This document shows positions 13,022-24,314 of a stretch of 64,000 nt of DNA, piece by piece. The DNA is from Leptogorgia sarmentosa (Eukaryota): the NCBI GenBank assembly GCA_964658305.1, contig OZ210885.1, positions 25,668,001 to 25,732,000 of the forward strand. Direction: 5' to 3'. The notes under the pieces were generated by a model that saw only the letters and a program-made list of their open reading frames with translations, did no database searches and was not told the origin of the DNA. Every line of letters starts with the position of its first letter. The first letter of the stretch is position 1. Position numbers and translations under genes: made by a program.

Positions 13022-13502
13022 GCTACATTGGCTATTTACAAGAAGTGACAGAAATTCAGCAAAGCAAGCGTAGCTCGAATTTATACTATGACATCGTTTT
13101 GCAAATCGCTGAAGATGATGCTAAAGTCATTCGTGTGATGCAGCAAAGAGGAGATGGTGGCAGGAGGCAATTTTTTATGGACAAAATGAAAGCTCGGCAA
13201 CCAATTAGAATCTCAAATTTACCAGCGGAGTCCACCGGAACAATTTTCCTAAATCAAAGCAGTGTTGTGCAAGATGTATCACGTCATTGCATACAGTTTC
13301 AGTTTTGCAAAGCGAAGGCAGAAAGTGTGAGTAAAATTTCACATATACTGACACGTACATCTGGGACCTTCACCATATCTGACAGTGTTTTGTGGAGTGG
13401 TCCTGCACATGCTCCTGCTGATAACTCATCTAAATCTGTACGAGAAGGAGCTCTTACAGACGATTCCGGTTCAATAAAGATTTCTATCTGGGAGGAACAT
13501 AT
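13022..13502 (+). pseudogene. OB-fold (RPA1-like) ssDNA-binding protein fragment
   Basis: SKRSSNLYYDIVLQ and REGALTDDSGSIKISIWEE match OB-fold patterns (DxSGxIxxxxW). Truncated where the tyrosine recombinase remnant begins. Confidence 0.55.
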
Positions 13503-13504
13503 GT

Positions 13505-13863
13505 GCATGACGTGATGGGTCTGCGGGTAGTATCGCGCAGTTGCCAAGCTCTTCCAACCCACATGGTGCGCAACATAGTCATTGGAGTCGCCTAAAGGGG
13601 GCAAAGTGATGGAGCAGCCAGAGCGGAAACTGTGCATGGTCTCCCTGTCAGAAATTTTCAAGGTGGTCGGATGCTTTTTCAACCGGTTTCCCACGGCGGA
13701 ACCTTTAAATGCGCCTGGCATTATTTATCCTTTATTATTCGCTACGCGAAACAGATAACCAGTTTGGAGATTGATGCCCATGGTGTTGGATAGATGGATG
13801 TATAAAGAGGTTGCTAACCGGGCAGACCACCAAGTCAGCAACAGGTGGGAAATTTGTTGGCGC
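13505..13863 (-). pseudogene. Tyrosine recombinase C-terminus of a DIRS-like retroelement
   Basis: CPVSNL, GYLFR, ETMHSFRSGCS (HxxR), HVGWKS and RYY (catalytic Tyr region). Confidence 0.8.
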
Positions 13864-15313
13864 TGACCAAAAAATCGCGGGCACATTGTGTTTACATTCC
13901 AAAACATGGCAGAAAGTTAGCAAACGACTGTTTTAGCTGACGAATTTTTGCTTTTTATTCAAATGATGTCTAACTTAGTGCTTAATCTTTTAAAATCGAT
14001 CATGAATTCCTTGTTTTGCGGTGTTTTTTTTTGCAATCGAGTGCGTGGAAGAAGTAAATGTGGCGACGTTAAAATAGGAGCAAATGAGTGGCAAATACCG
14101 TAAATGTCGAGATGTGGCTTGTTTAAATAGTAATCAACGAGGAAAACGTGCTATGAGAATGAAATGAAAGTTGAAATTATTCTTTTTATTTCTCAAATTG
14201 CCCATAATTTGTTTGTTAATGTAACTTGTGCGATTTATACTCGAAGTACTATCTCGCGAAATTTGACGAATTTTGAAAATTTGTGAAAATAGCTTGACTT
14301 TGAACTGTATTTTTGTAAAAATCGCCGGTGGCCTCAATTTCAAATATAGCTAAATGAAAAGAAACACTTCTTCGGCGTTTAGTGGTACCAAACCTATCAA
14401 CAGGAAAATAGGGCCTCATGATGCTTTAGTTAAGTGTTTGAGACCCACTTGCTTCACACGTGTTGTGGTCAAATTCTGGCCAAGAATCAAAGACCCAAAA
14501 GTGAATTTACATCATCAAATCTTCTTCGAGAAAGGTCTAGTTTAAAAATATAGCTTTTAATTTAGATTTCGTGAGCATAATTTGGTTAGAAATGAAATAT
14601 TTTTGTATTTGATGAGACTCAAAATTTTGTGTTTATTCAAGTCAGGTTTCAGTGTAATTATAATGATAACCGGCAATGAAATGAAGATATTTCAAAAACT
14701 GGCGGTGGCCTCACGATGAAACTTTCCCAAAATACTCTCCACTTCATGTATTTTCTTGTGATACTTTACTTGTAAGCGTCAAAATAGGGCCTTGAACAGG
14801 TCCGGGGTTTATATTCTAGCCTTCGGTAGAAATGAAATCTCACGCCTCATCACAAGTTATTTTGCTCCGCCGTGATTTGTGCTCTGTCGCTGATATTTAA
14901 ACCTTTACGACATAATATTGTCATCCTCGTTACGATACGAACATTTCCCAGAAAATTCTAATTATTGCAGATTAACTTGTGACTGTAAACAGTAGGTAGA
15001 AGTATGCCATTCAGAATCGACACAAGATTTGTTTTGATTGTTCGTGAAATGTACATTTCTTCTTCCCGCAAAATACACGCACGTCTCGTGGGGATTTCCC
15101 GCGCATGCTCAGACAATGTTCCCACCTGTTCAAGTCAGCACATTGACGCACCGCGAAGGCATGGACGTCACTTCCGCGAAGTGTCTTCCCAAAGGTATCA
15201 CGAAAACAGGAGTCCTTCTTTAGCGAGTAGTGAAAGCCGGAGCAAAAATCCGTGGAGAAAAAGGCGAGATCCCGTGCGAATAGGTAGCGAGATGTGGACG
15301 TGTGATCCTTAGC

Positions 15314-16258
15314 CTAACACTGCTGGCGTAAATATGCGCAAAGGCGTGTAAACTTATCGAAGAAGATAGGTACAGCTTGATGCACGGTAATGCGGGCTTT
15401 TGCTTGTCCTTCTCGCACAGATGCGAGATAACGCTTAACTGAAGGGTGTGCGGCAGGATTACTAGAAGCGAAACCCATAGAGACAGTGTCCGAGCGGCTA
15501 GTTGAAAGAGAAATAGTCCGTAGTTTGGCAATGTTATTATCCACGGTAGCCACTGCCAATCGCTCTTGATTACCCCAGGCATCACGAACTGTAGTTGGGC
15601 GGTCATCAGCGAAATAGACAACTCCACCCCAACCTCTCTAGACACCAAGGAAGAAAACCTGACCAAGTGTCTAAAAACCACCACAAGGAAATTTCATCCA
15701 ATAGATCCCCCTTTAAGGGTACCGCCCGCCCTGTTGAAATAACCGTAGAAATCGCCCTGAAAATGGCAGACGCATATATAAACGAGAACCTGGGACTGCT
15801 AGTCCAAAGGAGATCATCTTGCCACCAAGCAGTCAAAACTACTGGGGACATCGGCATGCAACAACGCAGTAGGCAAGCCGACCTGGCGAGGAAACCTACA
15901 TTGGCCGAGATGACGGTCATCAATATACTGGGAGCAGGGTATGTGCTGGCGACGCAACTCTTGCGTGGCCACCATGCCCAATGTCTGATACACATAGGGC
16001 GAAATTTCCCAGCCAAATTTTCCAGCTCATAGTGTCGGCGTTGTTAGGTAAAGCTGCAGACAGTCTGCCCCAAACCTCGGGGTGGTTATGAATTTCACCC
16101 GCACGAAATGTGTTAGGGTCACGGACAAGTAACTCAGAGGAATTCGCGGGTGAACCAAGAGAGTACCCGGCAACTGCTGCCCCGGAACTGGTTGCCGGAA
16201 GATGCTTCCGTTGAATTTCTCGGGTCTCAAAACTCTCAATGGTTGCCAGTGGAGAAAA
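15314..16258 (-). pseudogene. DIRS-like retroelement remnant: fragments of the RT region fused by deletion to an ALOG domain
   Basis: RDPNTFRAGEIH, YIDDRH (RT YxDD), LLDEISLWWFLDTWSGFLPW, then LAVATVDNNIAKLRTI...NPAAHPSVKRYLASVREGQAKAR (ALOG signature). Same strand as the recombinase at 13505. Confidence 0.75.
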
Positions 16259-16259
16259 A

Positions 16260-16902
16260 TCAATAGTGGCACACAACAATTGTCCAGGTTAGCGAGAACT
16301 TTTCCAACCAAGACATCTGGAACATTATGTTTACATGGCTCTATAGTACAGTAACCTTTCACTGTTTTAACCCCACGGACTGATCCTTTCACAATTACTT
16401 CCGTTCTTGGCGGGATAATCACCGCAGTACTAACCACAACACGATAGCACTCGGCATCACGTTTTCCATGACATAACAAACTCACCCACTCTCCACCAAC
16501 ACAAATACTGGAATATTCAAGATCCAGTTGGCAACGATGCAATGTCATAAAATCCAAACCTAAGATAACATCTTTGGTAATATCACCAATCCAAACATCA
16601 TGAATGAATTCCGTACTACCCACCGTAATTGTCATTTGTCCTCGCCCAACCAGTGGCACTTTATCACCAGTAACGGTTCTAATAGAGTTTCGAGCAGGTT
16701 TGATATTCTCTAGAGGTATATTTAACGACGGTAATAGAGCTGAGTTGATGATAGTTATGCTACTGCCAGTGTCAATTGTTGCTCGACATGGAACGTTTTC
16801 AACTAATGCTTCCAATAAAAGTCCTTGGAAAATTTCATTTTCCGATTGTCCGTTACTTATTTCTTTTGAGGTCCTGTCTTCTATCACTGGATCTCGACCT
16901 CT
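16260..16902 (-). pseudogene. Gypsy aspartic protease and downstream linker
   Basis: ATIDTGSSITII active site, VILGLDFM, and the VIIPPRTEVIVKG linker. Confidence 0.88.
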
Positions 16903-18059
16903 AATAGGCAATTCCCATTATAGCAAAGCATCATGGGAAATGTGGTAGGCTTCACTTGCAAGCAAAATGGCCGCGGCGAAGTGGGCATTTTACTTGCAAG
17001 AGAAATCGCTGTTTTAAAGCACACTTTTTCCAGATTACTATAGTTTAAATGAAAGTAATGTGTTGGTAAGGCATTGAAGTATATTGTGTACAACGTGTAG
17101 CGAGATCGGAACAAATGCGGACGAGGAAATTCGTGTTGAACAGGCGAGGAGCGACGAATGGCCTCGCAAATGCGTTGTGAGTGTAAGATTCTTTTTCACA
17201 TTTTCAGGTGAGTACTCTTTGCAGACATTGGAATCCTCACCATTTTGCACTACAATCGTGTGTGGGTTGTTGCTCGATGTGTAGGTCGATTTACTCAGCG
17301 ATCGAGGCTTAGGTCGCGATTTTATCGTTTCTTGAAACTCTGAAATTCGGGTCATCATGTCGTTCGTTCGTTCGATCGAATCAGTGTTTTAGAAGCTTGC
17401 AGTGATACAGCCTTTTGTATGGAAATTGTTGATGGCAAACCTTCTCTCAAAAAGAAACATACCTACTATTACCAGTCACAGGGAGTTATGGCTATTTGCC
17501 AGTTGAAGTTTTTAGACTTTGTTGTTTATACAGTGAATGATGTTTATGTTCAGAGGATCTATTTTGATGAAAAAGAATGGGAATGTATGCTGCCTCAATC
17601 TCACTGAATTTTATTTTGAATATTTAAGTGCAAGTGATTAGTAACTGATAAATTATTATTAAGATGCATTTTGAATTGGAACACTATCCATGTTGCATGA
17701 ATATAGAGTACTTTAAAATTACACATTCATTTAATCAGTCAAGTCTACAAAACAAGGTCAGATATGAGCAAATTACCCATATCTTGTTTAAATCAGCAGC
17801 CATTGAGATAGGCAAAGCATGTTGAAGAATGCAAAAGCTCTTTATTCTTTGAATAGCCTGTTTGACATGAATCCTGTGTTTAGCAATTCTCCTGGTTTTT
17901 AGTACATCTTCTTCTGAAAATTGTTTCTGCTCACCAAGGAAAGGTGGTATATTTAGGGCAACACCCAATGGAAGATTATCTGCAAAATCAAACCCTCTGT
18001 CTGCCATCACTGCATCACCTGGTTCAAGCAGTTTAAGCCTTTAAGGATGCCACAATCAC

Positions 18060-18662
18060 TTATAATCAGTTCCAATTATGGTACATTTAGAGCTTTTTAC
18101 AACTATCTGTGTCCTGCATGTGAAAAGCTACAGTGTTTTGATTCACTGAACAGCTCAAAGGCCTCAAACAGAAATGCAATTAAGCAATAAAAGTGTGGGC
18201 CAAAGAGGATGATATCACCAGAGGAGGAGCTATTCCTATGCCTTACAAGGCTCAAGTTGGGGTTATTGGAAAGAGATCTAGCAAATAGATTCAACTTGTC
18301 CATTTCCCATGTTTCTAGAATTTGGATCAGATAAGCAACTAACAACTGACTGTGGCATCCTTAAACTGCTTGAACCAGGTGATGCAGTGATGGCAGACAG
18401 AGGGTTTGATATTGCAGATAATCTTCCATTGGGTGTTGCCCTAAATATACCACCTTTCCTTGGTGAGCAGAAACAATTTTCAGAAGAAGATGTACTAAAA
18501 ACCAGGAGAATTGCTAAACACAGGATTCATGTCAAACAGGCTATTCAAAGAATAAAGAGCTTTTGCATTCTTCAACATGCTTTGCCTATCTCAATGGCTG
18601 CTGATTTAAACAAGATATGGGTAATTTGCTCATATCTGACCTTGTTTTGTAGACTTGACTGA
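18060..18662 (+). pseudogene. ISL2EU transposase fragment (HTH piece plus C-terminal DDE piece, internally deleted); inverted partial copy at 17735-18058
   Basis: EEELFLCLTRLKLGLLERDLANRFNLS; GDAVMADRGF...NIPPFL...TRRIAKHRIHVKQAIQRIK. Confidence 0.85.
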
Positions 18663-18789
18663 TTAAATGAATGTGTAATTTTAAAGTACTCTATATTCAT
18701 GCAACATGGATAGTGTTTCAATTCAAAATGCATCTTAATAATAATTTATCAGTTACTAATCACTTGCACTTAAATATTCAAAATAAAAT

Positions 18790-18990
18790 TCAGTGAGATT
18801 GAGGCAGCATACATTCCCATTCTTTTTCATCAAAATAGATCCTCTGAACATAAACATCATTCACTGTATAAACAACAAAGTCTAAAAACTTCAACTGGCA
18901 AATAGCCATAACTCCCTGTGACTGGTAATAGTAGGTATGTTTCTTTTTGAGAGAAGGTTTGCCATCAACAATTTCCATACAAAAGGCTGT
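18790..18990 (-). pseudogene. YqaJ/lambda-exonuclease C-terminal fragment; identical inverted copy at 17419-17607 (+)
   Basis: LKKKHTYYYQSQGVMAICQLKFLDFVVYT matches the YYxQxQGxM motif. Confidence 0.85.
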
Positions 18991-19501
18991 ATCACTGCAA
19001 GCTTCTAAAACACTGATTCGATCGATCGAACGAACGACATGATGACTCGAATTTCAGAGTTTCAAGAAACGATAAAATCGCGACCTAAGCCTCGATCGCT
19101 GAGTAAATCGACCTACACATCGAGCAACAACCCACACACGATTGTAGTGCAAAATGGTGAGGATTCCAATGTCTGCAAAGAGTACTCACCTGAAAATGTG
19201 AAAAAGAATCTTACACTCACAACGCATTTGCGAGGCCATTCGTCGCTCCTCGCCTGTTCAACACGAATTTCCTCGTCCGCATTTGTTCCGATCTCGCTAC
19301 ACGTTGTACACAATATACTTCAATGCCTTACCAACACATTACTTTCATTTAAACTATAGTAATCTGGAAAAAGTGTGCTTTAAAACAGCGATTTCTCTTG
19401 CAAGTAAAATGCCCGCTTCGCCGCGGCCATTTTGCTTGCAAGTGAAGCCTACCACATTTCCCATGATGCTTTGCTATAATGGGAATTGCCTATTGATCCA
19501 G

Positions 19502-20977
19502 CTACCGTCCGTTTCCCTGCTGATTACTTGTGTTTTGATCACATCCATCGCTTGCAAACAGATTGTTCCTCTCACCCCGATTCTCCAGACTGCGACCACG
19601 TTGATTCTGACCTCTCTCGTCAGAGTGACTCCTAGAATTCGTCATTGCCATTTCGACAACTATTTCTCCTTTCCGGTACTTAATCAGGACAATTCCTCTG
19701 AAGGTGATCTCCACGACATGTCCAACATTTTCTTGATGGTGACATTGGAATTTGTGTACCTCTTCTGCGTTGATGTACATATTCACCAGTGAAATTTCGC
19801 ATTTCCTGTGTCAATGCTTTAAGCTGGTCTAGCACAGAACAAATGACTCCAATTCAAGGGCAATCTCCAATGCTTGACGGAGGGTGGTGGGTCGACTCTG
19901 AGCTATTCGTAAGCGGATGTCGTCATCATTCACTGCGTCAACAAACTGGTCTTTAGCCAAGGCTTCGAGCATCTCCGGGGTGCCACTCGGATAGGCTAGT
20001 CGAACTAGCCTTTCGATGTCTCCTGCGAGTTCTGGCAAACTCTCATCACGACGACGAATGCGATTTCTCAGCGTTGCTCGATTTAATTCAGACTGGCACA
20101 GTGTTCCATAGCGACTGTCTAACGCTTGAACCAAAGTATTATAATTTCGCCGACTAGAATCTGATAAACAATTCAACACACCGAGTGCTTGCCCCTGTAA
20201 GCTGGTTGCGAGGAAAGCGGCTTTTTCTTGACTCTCCCATCCATTAATTTCGGCTACAATCTCAAACTGCGTTTTGTAAGCATCCCAAGAGGTTTTCCCA
20301 TCGAATGCTGTCGGCTTTTGAGTTGGTCTGCCAACGTCTCGAAGTGTGGAAGTTTCTCCCTTCGGGACTGATGCTTGAGTTTCCGACCTACGTGCATTAA
20401 GTGCCCTGGAATTTTCACCGTCCATATAGTCTGGCAATTTCACCTTGGTTCGACCGCCCACCCGAGGTGTTGATGACCGTTCCACGCCAATAATTCTGCT
20501 GTCAACTCGTTTACATATTTCATTACTAAATTCCTCTTTCATTTCACGTTTTAAATCTTCAAGCGTCGATGCTAAAAGGCTTGTGTATGTTTCAAGAGAT
20601 TGCTCTTCTTTAGATTTGCAATATTCAAGTACCTCCGAGTGTATCAAATCGATTTTTCGACCGACGTTGTTTTCGAGCTGGGCAAACTTGAGATTTAATT
20701 GCTCTATTTCATTAGCGAATTCACGCCTTATATTGTCCATTGCTGCTGCTTGACTTCGCTGCCATTCGTTCATTTCCTCAATATGTTTTCGCTGCATGAA
20801 GTGCTGGGTTTTCATGATTTCTTTCTGCTCAAGCAACATCGCAAATATTTCTTCAGACTTAACATCTGTATTTTCAATATTCGAGTTGCTAAATTCTTGT
20901 TCTTGCATAGCCGTGTCTACTTGTTGTTCGGGGGCTTTCTCCTCAGCCGCATACTGCGATCTTGTTTGAGGCATCAT
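19502..20977 (-). pseudogene. Gypsy gag (coiled coil plus capsid), 3' part disrupted, ending QGNGR-TAG
   Basis: KPTAFDGKTSWDAYKTQFEIVAEINGW...LATSLQGQA; RRRDESLPELAGDIERLVRLAYP; zinc-knuckle remnant out of frame. Confidence 0.88.
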
Positions 20978-21020
20978 TTGCCGTTATTTCTATCGTTTTA
21001 ACACAATATTTTTAAGTTCA

Positions 21021-21038
21021 ATCCTGCCGACTACGCCA
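21021..21038 (-). promoter_or_regulatory. Primer-binding site complementary to the 3' end of tRNA-Ser
   Basis: The plus strand ATCCTGCCGACTACGCCA equals the 3' end of eukaryotic tRNA-Ser including CCA; it lies 2 nt from the LTR. Confidence 0.85.
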
Positions 21039-21040
21039 AT

Positions 21041-21170
21041 TGTAGCGGTGGCCGTTTTATTAGCACGTCTATCTATCTCTTGTTAATACATATCACACAG
21101 AATACACCCAAAAACCTATTTACATAAATTATAAAGTACATGATGCATGTCCGAACCCAATTATGCTACA
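21041..21170 (-). repeat. Gypsy 5' LTR (130 bp)
   Basis: TGTAGC...GCTACA inverted ends; AATAAA on the minus strand near the PBS end. Confidence 0.75.
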
Positions 21171-23060
21171 GTTGTATTACATCCATTATCTTGTAAGACC
21201 ATAACTGTCTGCTTTGCCCCGTTTTTTTTTCATATGTAAGACTTCTAGCAAAGCCTGTCCTTTACCATAATACCCTGTCTTAGCATAAAATCCGACATTC
21301 TGTTCATTAGTGGCTGGAGGAGATGGAGGTGGTGGTGATTTCGCCGTTCCATGTTCTTGTTTCTTGGCTTTCGCTCTTTCGATAAACCTCTAGTCCACTT
21401 CATGGACTAATGTATGATGGTGCATTCCACAGCTCTTTACTCCACATTTCACTTTTACTTCACACTGACTCAACCTGTGTCCTGGAGTCGGACAAGACAG
21501 ACAGTCTGTTCGCAACTATTAACTTCTCTTTCTCGTCTACCGACATGTCTGTAAACTTTCGACATTCTTGTAGTGTATGTTTACCTGATTCATGTATTGG
21601 GCATTTAGCGACTATGTGGTTTATTTATATTTGAAAACTCGTGCATGGCTCCAGCAAATACTCCACACTTGTATCGATCACCTCTTGTATCTTTGTAACT
21701 ACCACTTTTCTTTCTCTCCCTTTTCTCTGGCATCCATCGTTGTTTCCCTTCACATAATTTCGCTTCCTTTTCCAACCAAATTGCAAATTCTCCCAAGTTC
21801 ACAGCTCAGGCTTAGCGTCGACCTTTTCACCCCATCAAGCATGAAGGCGAGTTGGGAGATGCTTAACATATGATTCAGGTAACTGAGCTTTTAGTTCATG
21901 TACAAAGTCAAGTTCTTTGAAGACACTAACAAGCTCTGAAACCAATTCTTGATACTCTCTGATTTTCTCAGCTTTTTCAGTTGGAATGTCAGGAAACTCA
22001 TCAATTTGCTTATTTGCAGTGGCTACTACCACGTCTGGCTGACCAAATCGATTACTTAGGGCTTACCATACCTCTTTATATCTCTCGGATCCTGGGATAA
22101 ATCTCTTTAAGCAGGATTTTGCCGACCCTGTGACAGCATCAAGAAGAAATTTTAGCTTTTCAACATTGTCATACACCCCTTTCCGTTCATTCTCTACTTA
22201 AACACACGCTTTGAATCTAGCATAGTCAACCAAATTGCTGTCGAATACTGGTAGTTTAGGTAGGTAGCATTTTCTCTAAAAGGCTTTCCGTTGGGGCTGT
22301 CTCTTTTTGAACTTTAGGCTGTGAAAGGCTTGGGATAGTATTCTCAGCTCTAAATCTATTAGCCTGTTCAGGGTTATACACCATCTCGTTTGTGGTCCTC
22401 TGTGTGTCCCTTGCTCTAACACTATGTACCTGGTTATCCTCATTTGTCCCTGGAATAGTGTGTGTGGTATTCTGCCTATCTAACGGTTGCTCTGGCCCAC
22501 TCAACAAATTATCCTGATTGTTATTCCTTGTTTCATCCTGGCCTAGTTGCATAACATGATCTTCCAGTGTTTCACTGCCTACTAACTCAACTAGTCCTTG
22601 TCTCATTGATCTATTCTCTTCTTCCTGCAGACATTGTTTCTGTTGCCATGTTTGTAACCCATTTTCCTCTTCCTCACACTGTGCACTCTCCTCTTCCAAC
22701 AACTTTAAACGAAGAGCTGCCTTTTCAGCCTCTAATTTCTTTGATAACATAGCCGCTTTTCAGGCAGTTGAAATACTGGATACACCCGATTGTTTTGACT
22801 TAGTCTTAGATCTAACTGACATATTAGTCTCATCTCCTTTGTTTACATCTGTAATAGGCTGTATCTCGGCCATTCACAATGATTGATCTTGATTTGTTAG
22901 GGATTCTAACTGCGTAATAATGCTCTCACCGTCCTTACTTTTACTCATTTAGTACATAGGAACAATAGAATTTGATCTTCGATCCACTGTATTAAATTAA
23001 CACGATGTATATATATTCAATATGGTTGTATGAACATAAACTGAACAGTTTATTGTTTTC
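21171..23060 (-). mobile_element. Old BEL/Pao gag-protease remnant, cut at the protease by the Gypsy insertion; possible LTR start at 22988
   Basis: KLEAEKAALRLKLLEEE, LPVFDSNLVDYARFK, RFGQPDVVVATA, NLGEFAIWLEKEAK and VLQDNGCNTT motifs, with many disablements. Confidence 0.7.
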
Positions 23061-23387
23061 CAAGGATTTAAAACGTATAATTCGTTCAAATAATAACACA
23101 GTTATATAATGTACTCACAAATAGACGTATTTGATGTCTTTCGGGCGATACTCGCACAACTTTCACAATATGCTATAAGTCGATATAGATTTACACTCAA
23201 CTTAACAACTCACATGAAGTACACTCTCAATTCTAGTCTTTAATCCAGGCTTGAATAGGACCAAATGTCGTGGGGCAACCAAACACTCACACAAAATCAA
23301 CAAACATTGTAATATCAATCGAAAAAAATAGGCACACAGTGTGTGCTTATGGACGCTGACTGCGGACACGGTATTGCTGTTCAGTAG

Positions 23388-23618
23388 CACAGTATAAAAG
23401 ATACAGTAGTCCAAATAAGTTGTATTCGTCACTCAGCAAGTGCCCTAAACATAAGCAGTCACCCCCTGGCAATACGAATTTTCACGCTGCTTTCTTTCCG
23501 AACAGCGCCATTTTGAGTATTGCCAGGGGGGTGACTGCTTCTGTTTAGGGCACTTGCTGAGTGACGAATACAACTTACAAAAAACAATGAGTTGGACTAC
23601 TGTATCTTTTATACTGTG
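23388..23618. mobile_element. Nested palindromic MITE pair: outer CACAG-TIR element and inner hairpin at 23416-23577
   Basis: Outer TIR CACAGTATAAAAGATACAGTAGTCCAA / TTGGACTACTGTATCTTTTATACTGTG, flanked by TCAGTAG / TCAGCAG. Inner inverted arms of about 60 bp. Confidence 0.8.
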
Positions 23619-23787
23619 TCAGCAGCTAGTAAATTATGTACAAAACGCACATAACAGACAAATGTATAAGCAGGAATATGGCAGAATTTTGGTGCGAATA
23701 AAGTCTGATGATAATGATGATGGATTATATTTAATTCAGTGTTGAAGTCTTGCAGCCTTTGAAGTGAAACCGACATCTAACATTGTT

Positions 23788-24074
23788 GGTCGGCACTAGA
23801 TCATGGTGACCTTACGCACACATCTGCGTCTGCTGTACATTCACGTCAGTGGTGATGCAAATTTCTTTTGGCGTATTCACAAAATAAACCATCCCAAACC
23901 ATAAATCTGACCCTAACCTTTGGTTATGGTTTGGGACTGGTGGTTAGGGTCAGATTTATGGTTTTGGGACTGATTTATTTTGTGAATACGCAAATAGAAA
24001 TTTCTATCACCGCTGACGTGAATGTACAGCAGTCGCGGATATGTGCGTAAGGTCACCATGATCTAGTGCCGACC
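23788..24074. mobile_element. Palindromic MITE with arms of about 130 bp
   Basis: GGTCGGCACTAGATCATGGTGACCTTACGCAC...GTGCGTAAGGTCACCATGATCTAGTGCCGACC, with CCCTAACC/GGTTAGGG motifs near the centre. Confidence 0.85.
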
Positions 24075-24314
24075 CATCTTGTCTTGTCACGATCCCAATA
24101 TGGCGGCTACGGAATGAATGAATGTTTATTTAATTAAGTGCCTTGATTGAGTTTACCAGCACAATGGCTTGGTTGATTTGTATAAATACCTGCACAATGA
24201 CTAGATGGATTTGATAGTTTGAAGATTGTAAGCACAGCAGCTTGAGTACTTCTAAGCAAACACAATGTTTGTGTCTATTAAATCTAAAGAAGCATGAAAG
24301 CTTGAGTCTATTAA

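Larger units (their letters stand above)
16904..19493. mobile_element. ISL2EU-derived non-autonomous foldback element: arms of about 1.15 kb around a spacer of about 290 bp
   Basis: ATAGGCAATTCCC...GGGAATTGCCTAT termini. 16904 to ~18058 is a near-identical inverted copy of ~18347 to 19493. Each arm carries a DDE_Tnp_4 C-terminus and a YqaJ C-terminus, the ISL2EU gene pair. Confidence 0.88.
16260..21170 (-). mobile_element. Gypsy LTR retrotransposon, 5' half only (LTR, PBS, gag, protease), interrupted by the ISL2EU foldback
   Basis: LTR 21041-21170, tRNA-Ser PBS, gag 20977-19502, protease 16902-16260. No RT or integrase remains. Confidence 0.88.

Noticed and set aside
16904..19493. Foldback as an assembly chimera
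   Set aside because: Both outer junctions are precise termini whose removal restores the Gypsy frame, and the arms differ by several substitutions and a small indel. Read confirmation is still advisable.
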